From the NCBI GenBank assembly GCA_000320545.1, contig ADNK01000741.1:1-64000 (forward strand): a DNA stretch of 64,000 nucleotides. Direction: 5' to 3'. The DNA is from Bigelowiella natans CCMP2755. Taxonomy: Eukaryota; Protista; Cercozoa. Made by a program: the position numbers and the translations under genes. Positions 13,201 to 23,099 of this stretch are shown here, in pieces (positions within the stretch are counted from its first letter, which is position 1; each line of letters starts with the position of its first letter). The notes below the pieces were generated by a model. The model had not been told where the DNA came from, made no database searches, and was given only the letters and a program-made list of their open reading frames with translations.

Positions 13201-16200
13201 GATTTATAGGCAGCGGATATGAACGACCAGCTTTGTGATTCTGAAGAAATACTTACCTATGTGCAGGTAGGGGTACACCTCCGGTGCTGTTGTTGCCCGT
13301 TACTGGCTTCTTCGTGGCTGCTATTTGCATTTGACGAACACATAGCTTGAGAAATTGGACCTGAATGCGCACAAGATCCAACCCCGCTCCATATCCTCCT
13401 CCTCCTGTTTTCCGTGATGATGTCTGCAGCAAGTGGCTTGATTCTGGAGTAAAGCATGTGTGGCAGGCAATAAGAAGTGCCCCAGCCCGTTTTGCTACAA
13501 CTTTACTAGGAACAAACGCGACCTATGGGAAGGAAAAGGCGGGGAGGAGGGGGGATGCGCATCATAAAGCTCAATGTAAGATAAGGTCAACTGGATATCA
13601 GAGTGCAAATAATCGCAAGCATATCCGTAATCAAGTTTCCTCTTATGCTTTTCCTCTCGTTACTCATTGTTTACCAGCTTCAGAAGGAATCGTAAGCCTT
13701 GTATTGCTGCATATTCGCTCACAACAAGCGACTTTAGCTGGCCATTTTGCCGCATCAACGTCCATGAGGAGGTGGAGCGCTTACGAATAGCATTTGGTTG
13801 GTCCACATCAACGAGTTGGATGCTACCACAGCTCGTATTGTGATGAAGAAAGAAACTCTCCGCCATCTCATAGCCAGCAACAGTGACCTATAAAATACAG
13901 AGATAGGACATAAAGGTTTGAATTACTGTTAAAGTCTGTTTGCCAGTAGCTAAATGTGGTTCAGCAAGGTGTCAGCCAAGAATGACTCCTACTCAAGTTT
14001 ATCTAATTCCTACTGCAGAGCATCTAACACACCGATATAGTGTGTTATGGCGGGCAAAATCATCAGTGTGCTCAGTGCCCACACAGTTTCTGGAAATGGT
14101 TGTGTGCTTTGCTGCAGTAAGTAGCAGTCATGATAACAACATTAGTAGTAGGAGCTTGTACTAAATCACCTCATTTGGCGAGAGCTTTAGGACCTTCTTG
14201 AGGAAGACTTGTGATTTGGTCTCACTCGACATTACACGAAAAAGCTTCGATTGGTCGGGGGACAATGAGGATGTGTTTCCACCACCACCCCATCCATGGA
14301 AGGCGCTTACAAATGATCTGCGAAGAGATGATCCACCACCACCGCTGCTAGCTGTTGATGCTTTGGAGGAGGCAGATTGCGGGAGAAGTTGGTGAGTACA
14401 AACCTGGTGTAGCCACCTGTAGCACGAGTCCCTGTCCCTCTCCGTAATAGCACTTCCTATCATCACTCTCCACAGGTTTAATGCCTGGAAAGTATCAAGC
14501 ACAAGACCGCTATTGGAGAGGATGAACTTGAGGAATTCGATCCTGATCGCCATCTCGCGGGCATGCTCTGTCTCGATATGAGAGCAGTTATTCTTTGTAT
14601 CTCCTACTGAATCTTCAAACGAAGAAGCAATAGACGCTGCTAATGACCGCTCGGACAAGGTGGAGGAAACGGAGTTGATACGTCGCAGCCCCCCCGTGGT
14701 GGTTGCTTTGGCTTCGGACGACGCCTTTCCTTCGGTTCCAGGAACAGTCGTCGTCGTCGTTGCGTCTTGGTCGTTCTGCAGCTCAGTAGCGGCTTCGAAC
14801 ATCTCTTGGATCTGTCGACGCTTTTGCTCTCTTTGGTGCTCGATTAGAGACGCCACACGGCCTATCATACAACATTTTAATAAGAATAAATAGGAAATAG
14901 CGGATCATTGAAGGCATGATGAATGGGTAGTCGCGGAAGAAAGCACACAAGCCGATACAAGTAGCAAGAATCAAACAGACAGCAGCAATCAAAGTGGCGG
15001 TCACACTATGTACGTGTACTTTTCTTGGTACTACCCTTCGTTATTGCAAGGTCATTGAGGCATGTTTCAACCAGGTTATGAGATGACTCCAAGTTCTCTA
15101 TGATGCCCCACATGGAATGGACATTGGACGCCGTGTACCATGCCCGATGGGTCTGGGGATATGTCCGGAGAATCTTTTTCAGCAGCTGGATTGAGGCAGT
15201 CACGTGCTCTCCCTGCTTCATTGACTCGATGCAATTGTCCATCAGTCGTCGCCGCTGAGAGGACCCCGGATCTTTCGCAAGGAGATCCAGCACCTTGTAT
15301 TGGGATAACAACAGTAGCAGACATAATAGCAGGTGTGAGCTAATCGCATAGTTCATTTCAAGGCAATATGAGGCTACTTACTGCTTCAGTAGCTTTTTTC
15401 CTCAATGAGAAGGGCAGTTGATAGATGCTATTCCTATCAACGCTGCCTTTTCGATTCTGTCCCCGTTGTGACTGTGGGCCATGCTTCTTTGAGTCCTTCC
15501 TCGGGATATCGTCAAACGAGTTGATGCGATGAATACCATTCTGGGATGTCGTATCGACGGTATTGGCATCACTTTTATTTGTCTCTTCCCTATGGGGATG
15601 AATAGCGTTCCAGAGTAGTGCGAGTCCATGCCAATCCGAACTACTTCTGGAGTTAGTACTCTTTCTCGCTTTTGACCCAGTCTCGTTGCTGAAGATGGCA
15701 AAGGTGACGTCCCGAACAAACAGAATCATCTGCGCGTCGTACCTAATAAACATAGAAAGAGTGTATATCGTGAAGAAGGTGCTAATCGTATAGCTGTAGG
15801 ATGAACATCGAAATGTACTCATTGTAGTAGTAAATCATAACTATCACCATCTTTGTCATCAACCCCATCATCATGGTCTTATTTGTCCACTGACCGTCCA
15901 AAAGGCTTTTGTTGGATGCGTTTGAAGAGATGCATTAAGTATGGAAGATCCAGCACTTTAATCAGCCTCCGAAATATGTCATAACATAGATGCTCCAAAC
16001 TCTCATGCTGCGAACTGGAAGCCAACAACCATAGTGCGTCGATATGCTCTTTCTGAATAGCCTTTCTTCCCGCCAGGAGCATTAGAAGGCTCTCAGATCT
16101 TCGAACGATTTCCAGGTGGGTGGACAAAGGCTCTAAGATAGTCTCTACCACTTTCATATTCTGCAAATAAATCATCGAAAGTTATCATGTATGGAGATGG

Positions 16201-18393
16201 AAGAACGAGCACAACGAACGCAGTAAAACAATGCACCAAAGGTGAGCCTAGCTTAAATCACATGCTTTCCCTTCCAACAGGGAACGGGAGAGAAATGGCA
16301 CAAAAGTGGTCATCATTTACTACTACTACTACTACTAGATGTCGACAATTGTTCCAACTATGAAGCAAAGAACGACGACACCTGTAGGTAGTCCACAAGC
16401 GCCTTAGAGGTTATCCACAAACGCATAGAAGGTGGGGGAGGACCGCTACCAGCCACATGAGTTGCTCCAAATAGGCCAAATCCTGAAGACGCTGCGGTTG
16501 TCTCATTATTGTAAGCTTCCTTTTCATTCACAGAGGTGACAAACGTTTTAATGTCGTTAATGCCAATAATGCGCCGATCCAGAAACGGAGACTTGAGCTG
16601 TCTCATAGCGAAATCTAATTGAAAGATCTCGATGGTTCGCGCCACCTAGTGGGTGAGAAGGCGAAGGTGATACGGTATTAGTGGTAAATAACGGCTGCAT
16701 CATACTAATGTTTGTCTCTTCTCAGAAGTAAGTACGTCCTACCTCTCCCCCACCAGCATGTCGGTGTGCATGTCCGAGCCAGGGTCTTATGGCAATCACT
16801 ATTGAATGCCACAGCTCTTTCTGTAGCCCTTTCAGCAATTTGTGTGACAACTTCAGCAGATAGTTGAAAGATTTTGGAGGTAACATTGTCGAGTAGGTCC
16901 GGGAAAAGTCTCCATCTAGAACCTTTAAGCAACCCTGTGGTATGCTCAGAATGGAAGCCACCTCTTGAGGGGATGCCCATGGCTGCCTTGAGTCTAGGAT
17001 GGACAGAATCGCCTCAAAACCACCTAATGATGTCGAAATACGGAGATCAATGTATATGGGACAGCAACTAAACCTGCGCACACAAAGTATCTACGTCATT
17101 CCTTCTCACAAATTCGAAATATTATTGCTTTCTGATTTCTTGACCTGCTTGGGCAAAAATGCAGATTGATTTGAGATTTGCGCTTGTCGATAATGAGGGG
17201 TTAAGCCTTGGATCTATGTATCTCCGCACCCTAAGTTCTCGTCCTGGTAATGGTTTGCCTTCATCCGAAAGCTCATACTTGGCACCTTGAACTGCTTTTT
17301 CCTCTAAGTCAGCGTAAAATGGTGCGTGAATTGACGTTGTCTCAGTCGAGTTACTTCCACGACCGCTGCTATGATGCCTAGCTTGTGGATCAGGATAAGA
17401 TCCTGGAATAAGGCAGTATGCCAATGCGTCCGTAATACTTGATGAAAGTAGCAGATGAGGGGGCTGAATACATTTTACGAACAATCCTGCCATAGGTTTT
17501 GTAGTAATGGTAATTGTCAGCAACAAATGAATAAATCATACAAATATGTTTATTCACACAAATGCCACAAAATTCACAGGGCTAGTCATAAAGGACAAAT
17601 AGTGCAACGTAATCATCCCCTCACCCACGTGCATGTGGCATGCGAGTCGATGTGTGCATGGCAATGTATAAGGCTCTCCCAATCTCTCGAAATCGCAGTG
17701 CATGTATTACGGATAGCTTCGTGGATGAACTGCACAGATTTTAATGCTACTGTGTCGAAGGCATTCTCGTCCTTCTCTAAAACTGGATATGCCACCCGTC
17801 GTCCAAGTATGGAATTGACGCACATTGGTAGAGCTACCTTAAGAAAATAACCCACCCTGTTCATGCATAGTCACAAAGTCAGCTTCTCCCCTTTCTTATG
17901 GTATGGTAGAGCAATGAAATCTCTACCTCTGGATTTCATGGGTGCGAGATTTAATTTCGTTTTCTAGTTGATTGCCTATTGACGCTTGGGTATTGGCCTC
18001 CATAATGGCGGAAGTTTCGCCTATCTTTCCTACCATAGCATCGAGCGAGTCGCTTAGTTGCTGGGCTGAGGGTTTTGCGTTCACCTACCAAAGACCATAT
18101 ATCCACAATCCTTCAAGAGAATCCCTGGGGGCGATGCGAAAGTATACTTTAAGGAAATTCTAGATATGGAAAGAATCTCGCATAGAAATTGATATTCGGG
18201 AATGCTTGGCCGATTTTTCAACAAAGATAGCAGGGGAGGTTAAGCATACCGTCAAGCATATAACGCTTGTAAACTGGTCTATCAAGCTAATGTAATTTTC
18301 CAAACTCTCCCCTTCATGATCAGCTTTGCCATTCGCCTGAATTTGTTTGCTATCCTCATCTCCCTGTCGTTCGGCTTCTTCGCCGTTGTTCAT
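1..18393 (-). CDS. Giant multi-exon ubiquitin-specific protease of the USP9X/USP24/USP34 (Fat facets-like) group; 3' end lies beyond the left edge
   Basis: Cys box FVGLKNQGATCYMNAILQQMF (~7210-7275), QQDAQEF (~6475-6495), VLHLKRF (~5640), spliced His box GIVVHTGQASSGHYFS|YIRVGTNNWAEFND (~4390-4622) and NAYMLFYEK (~3715-3740). Family-like N-terminal segments LDFAMRQLKSPFLDRRIIGINDI and HLEIVRRSESLLMLLAGRKAIQKEHIDALW, a UBL-like segment (~12500-13030), and C-terminal VLTECPDKAMRVAFANLL (~2320-2375). Checked junctions are GT-AG. Probable ATG at 18393. Confidence 0.92.
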
Positions 18394-18908
18394 CGGGCTT
18401 TCGAATCAGCCTTCGCACTTCCCTCAGACTCAGTAATTTCGAGACCTCTCCAAGGAAAGCTTGGATGGAAGGCTGAGCACAAACGGTAACAGAAAGGAGC
18501 TTCCAGAAGCAGAGTTTCGAACGAAGTCGTCCCTCCTGCTGCTTTCCAATCTCGCAGTAATGTGTGTATACTCAGTTGGAACGTAGGCTGTTTATTCCGT
18601 AGTTCTCTCAACTTCATTTGTCGTAACAGTAGATTCGTTCTTATGTTCAACTACAAATACGAGAAGTGAACCAAAACTTCTCGGACGACTCGACCAAAGC
18701 CTAACTTGAAATTTTAATCCAATTTTTTTTTTTTTAATGTGAAAAAGCTATTGTTTCTGTTTCTTTGGGTTAAGCATTAGACATGTTTTCAATGTGAATA
18801 CATCGACAAAACACATTTGATGTTGAATGCCTGCAACTTTCAAGGATGCGACTTGCAACAAATAATCTTATTCTTTAATTAATTGCTTAGTCTCATGACA
18901 ACGCCCAC

Positions 18909-20081
18909 ATGCCACGATCCACCAGACTAGTACAGAGGTTACGGCAGACCGTCCATGTCAACTTCAAGAAGGATTACGATAGACTCGTAGAAACTCTTGC
19001 AACAGCTAGGGATAGGAATACGCAAAAGGGAAAAGAGAAAAAAACTCTTGCGGTGTTGGCGTGTGTAAGCGGTGGTTCCGACTCGCGGGCTCTGCTTGAT
19101 ATCCTCAACCACGCCCGACGCTTTAAGCCAAAATTTGAATTGCATGCTGTGCACTTTAACCACAAGCTCCGAGGAGAGGAGGCAGAAGAGGATGAGCGCT
19201 TTGTGGCCAACGTAGTAGAGCAGACAGACGGCCTGGATTCGTTCATCGTGAGATCCTGGGATAACAACGATCGCAGGTCGCAGGAAGCTGCAAGGCAATG
19301 GCGTGAGTCTGAACTGCTTCAAATAGTTTCCGAAACGCTGGGAGATCGACATGTTGCGATTGCACTCGGGCACCACTCAGACGACAGCATCGAAACAATT
19401 TTAATGAAAATCCTGCGTGGCTCTAGCCTCATCTCACTTCAAGGAATATCAAAGGTAGTTGTGGATAGCAAGTCCGGCTTGGTCAAGCTTCGCCCACTTC
19501 TTGGTTTTGCAAAATCTGAGCTGATGAATTATCTCACTGATCTGGGTTTGGATTGGAGGGAGGATTCGTCTAATGTTTCATGCGACTATCAACGAAACCG
19601 AATCCGGAACCGCCTTGTCCCATTGCTGGAAGAGCTCGCAGGCTCCCCTAAAGCTTTGTCAGAAAGATTCGGGGAGTTAAGTCTACAGTCTCAATTGCTT
19701 CAAGAGTGGATAGAAAATGAAATAACGGCGGGGGACGGCAAAGAGAAGCATTTACTTAATCAGAAGTGCAAAGAATATCAATCATCATCATCGTCATTAC
19801 CATCACTAGCCTGCCCTTCACCAAATACATTCTTTCTCAACCTTGCAGAGCCTGTGCTTGTCCAGAGGGAGCGGCTTGCACGCTTTTTGTCCGATGAGAA
19901 AGGAGGAGATCCTGTGTTGGCTAGAAGTGTGAATCAAATAATGTCAAAACTTGGAGATTCGTCGTCACAGGGAAAAGTAACGAGTGTTGATCTCGGCAAA
20001 GGTTATCGGGCTTTCTGCGAGGGAAATAATGCAGTAACAGTCATTCATGAAGATGAAGAGATGATGTCCCGCAATGACTGA
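18909..20081 (+). CDS. tilS: tRNA(Ile)-lysidine synthase, intronless, probably organelle (mitochondrion) targeted
   Basis: PP-loop VSGGSDS, HFNHKLRG, EAARQWR, GHHSDDSIETILMKILRG, RPLL and EDSSN...YQRNRIR in one 390-aa ORF. The N-terminal ~20 aa are Arg-rich and lack acidic residues. Confidence 0.93.
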   Translation: MPRSTRLVQRLRQTVHVNFKKDYDRLVETLATARDRNTQKGKEKKTLAVLACVSGGSDSRALLDILNHARRFKPKFELHAVHFNHKLRGEEAEEDERFVANVVEQTDGLDSFIVRSWDNNDRRSQEAARQWRESELLQIVSETLGDRHVAIALGHHSDDSIETILMKILRGSSLISLQGISKVVVDSKSGLVKLRPLLGFAKSELMNYLTDLGLDWREDSSNVSCDYQRNRIRNRLVPLLEELAGSPKALSERFGELSLQSQLLQEWIENEITAGDGKEKHLLNQKCKEYQSSSSSLPSLACPSPNTFFLNLAEPVLVQRERLARFLSDEKGGDPVLARSVNQIMSKLGDSSSQGKVTSVDLGKGYRAFCEGNNAVTVIHEDEEMMSRND

Positions 20082-20703
20082 AATATGTGTGTCTGAAACG
20101 AGTTAGTTTCTCAATATTGTATAGATGAGCAGGATTGTGCGCTACATTTTAACATCTAAAAGCATAGAAAAGAATATTGTAGGACAAAGTTTCAAAATAC
20201 CCCGTCATTCATTTTAAAAAATCTTTTTTATTCGTCATGTTTAGAAATTTATCTTAGTCTAGAGGTCTAAAGTATCTATTTACACGTCCAGCAAGATATT
20301 CCACTGGCATGCTAGCATGGCCGGTTACGTTTGATGAGACAATTGCAGCCGCTGTATGCGTTACAGCTGCCGCTGTGGAATAACCTACGCCCGTGGACCT
20401 CATAAATCCACTTCATTTAAGCGCAATCTAAACATGAAGCCTACTTGAGCACATTATAACATGGAAACCTAAACCGCTGGTATCAAACTATGGAGCTAAA
20501 CAGCTGCTACATACTAGGTCACAGCATTTACACTAAGTGTAGTAGTTAAGTTAAATGCCTTTTAATTGCGAGCAAATCTATCTTAAGCGGCATGATGAAG
20601 CATGCTATGGCGCACAGCTACATGGCGTCCATGATTATGCTTACTTACATGCACAAACGGAGTCGCTACCGAAATACTTAGTAAAGTTGCCGTGCTGATG
20701 CGG

Positions 20704-20756
<53 letters not shown>

Positions 20757-20767
20757 TTCTCTCTCTA

Positions 20768-20807
<40 letters not shown>

Positions 20808-20996
20808 CGGTGAGGCTAATGACTTCTTTCTCTGTATTACAGAGGTGCTAAAATGGCATACTGTGACAGTGACAAGCAAATATTTTGAAAATTTGAGCGA
20901 TATTCAATTTGATCTTTGTTATAAAATAATAACTGTTACTACTTGACGTAAGACAGCATGATAAATCACAAAAAAGCCTCGTGTTTTCCCCAGTAT

Positions 20997-21135
20997 TTAG
21001 AGTTCTTCCAGGCTTCGGCGAACAAGCTTACGAATCTTTTTTTTATATTCTTTAGGATCTTTTTTCAGCATAACCTAGTAGGACAACATGATCAGAGGAA
21101 TTGACGCTAACAGGTAACTCCATCGAAACACTGTA

Positions 21136-21182
<47 letters not shown>

Positions 21183-21980
21183 GTGTGTGTGTGTGTGTGT
21201 GTATATATGTGGACGGTGTTGGCTTCTTAGCAACCGAAGCGTCGATATTTGCTGGACTTTCAAGGTTTGGATCCGACAATAGAGATACAACAGAGATCAA
21301 GATCGACTCAATTCCTATGACAGGCCTCCATTTCTCCGACATTTTTTCTTGCTGATTAAACTGATCTTCCTGAGAACGAGAGAATTTCAGTGATGTCTGG
21401 GCAGTTTCCAAACTTAAATTTGTACCTTAGCCTCGTGGAGAATTGAAATACATACCTTACCGTCAGGATGAACTGAAAAGGATGTTATTTCTGCCTTAGC
21501 CACACTGCCAGAGGGTATGAAAGTTACAATAACGCGGCTCACCGTTGGGATGCCAGAATCCCTTCGTTGTGAATTTCATCTTTGGAGGTTTTTGAGGATA
21601 GTCTACTGGAAATTCCAGGATCGCTGGGAAATATCCTCCCTCGCTTGAAAACATAGAAACGTGAGCAATGCGCGCGCGACAGCTGTGAATCGAAACAAAC
21701 TCACTAGATAGTATTCGATGGTCCCTCGATCATGACGTTCCATTTATAAATGTCTGAGAATAGGTCCATGTCAATAACACACTTAGTCCAAAGTTATTAT
21801 CAGCTAACCTGAATCATCCACAAGGCCCACTGAGAATCCATCGACTGGATTTTTCAGCAAAGCTGGAAATAACACATTTGGCACAGGTTAAACGTGTGCT
21901 CCATTTCTAAAGACGCAGATACAAATACCACCTTTCAGTTGATTTCGGAGCAAAATAGTCGAGGACTTAGACTCGGACAT
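20997..21980 (-). CDS. UBE2G1: Ubiquitin-conjugating enzyme E2, UBE2G1/Ubc7 type, 7 exons
   Basis: Spliced product MSESKSSTILLRNQLK..LLKNPVDGFSVGLVDDSDIYKWNVMIEGPSNTIYEGGYFPAILEFPVDYPQKPPKMKFTTKGFWHPNVHPDGKVCISILHEAKEDQFNQQEKMSEKWRPVIGIESILISVVSLLSDPNLESPANIDASVMLKKDPKEYKKKIRKLVRRSLEEL. It has the HPN motif, catalytic Cys and the Ubc7/Cdc34 acidic-loop insertion. All six introns are GT-AG. Confidence 0.95.
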
Positions 21981-22094
21981 CTTCTTTGCACAAAGAACAA
22001 AGGAATACTGGGAATTTCTGAAAAAGACATGTGAAAGTTAGATAGGGTTGTTCTAACCACGAGGGAGACAAACAGTACATGACGGCGTTCGACA

Positions 22095-22246
22095 ATTAGT
22101 CCTACTTATACATTGGCTTTCCCGACAATTTAGGAGTAGTTAGGGGAGCGGCTCCATTGAGCGCACGGCTATTATGGGGTAAATAACCCAGCCCTTTTAA
22201 TAGGGTTAAAAAAACGCGACCCCCCTGTAGCTGTTCAATAAGCGAT
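22095..22246 (-). ncRNA. Candidate telomerase RNA (hypothesis)
   Basis: Minus strand has UAACCCUA (22208-22201) after a U-rich linker, enclosed by a long-range helix (22226-22216 with 22152-22142). A possible compact pseudoknot (22194-22167) and a 3' stem (22135-22100) follow. Upstream TATA and USE-like motifs. No homology evidence is available. Confidence 0.3.
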
Positions 22247-22266
22247 ACCACTTTCTCTAGAACATC

Positions 22267-22311
22267 TTTTATAGTATACGACTACTACATCGATCACTAC
22301 TCTCGGGTTGT
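22267..22311 (-). promoter_or_regulatory. Possible snRNA-type promoter (USE-like ACAACCCGAGAG plus TATAAAA)
   Basis: Minus strand ACAACCCGAGAG-N26-TATAAAA, about 20 nt before ATCGCTTATTG. It could instead be the promoter of the E2 gene. Confidence 0.25.
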
Positions 22312-23099
22312 CAACATTTAAAACGCGAAGAAAGGCTCGCGTCTTCCAATACCAAGCGCGGGTGGAAAAAGTGACGATGGATGTTCGTTCTTCACTACCT
22401 TTCGGTGCACGCCGCCTACTCGGACAAGGCAGAATTTTGTGATCGATTGATGTGTTTGTTTTACGAAATTTTCAACGATGATGCCATTATTGCATCCCAA
22501 TTGTCAAGTACGACAATACATTGTCGCACTTTTATCGCAATTCGAAATGAAGCGCGCGCGAATGCATTGCGACTAAACTCATTTCGGAAGCTAGGAGTTG
22601 GATGGAACCACTTATCATAGGTCCCGATTGGATACTCGCCTGGATGTCTGAAACTAACTCAATACTTGTTATCCACGTGGTCAGGCATTATTGTGGCTGC
22701 GGTCCTGTTCGTTCTGCTTTGTAGCTACTGCTATGTGCGAGGTTACGTTGGATGCGCTTAAGTTCCATCGCTGATGAGGTAGCAGGCACACCGAAGCACA
22801 GAGACTCCTGAAACCGTGGTGACAGCAGGGATCATTCAGAATCGTATTCCCAGTGAACTGTTGGAGACCCTCAAATGCGAGATATATCGTCGTATAAATC
22901 CGATGCCGAAAATGCTTACAAAAACGCCCCTGTGCCTTCAGGATGTATCTTGTTAAAAGAGTACGTCTAACACAGGAAGCCAAGAAGTTACCACGGCTCT
23001 CGTGGCGCTCAACGGAAGGGGTAATACTGTGCTACTTGTGTTTCAGGACTGAAAAAGTCAGCACAGTACCCAGCATTTTCGCCTCGAGTGCCATGATGT

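Noticed and set aside
20545-20570. AAGTGTAGTA resembling the U2 branch-recognition sequence
   Set aside because: No U2 stem I, Sm site or other flanking similarity.
22228-22250. U2 snRNA 5' end (ATCGCTT) or tRNA-iMet primer-binding site (TGGTATC) on the minus strand
   Set aside because: Both matches stop after 7 nt. There is no U2 branch-pairing region and no LTR pair.
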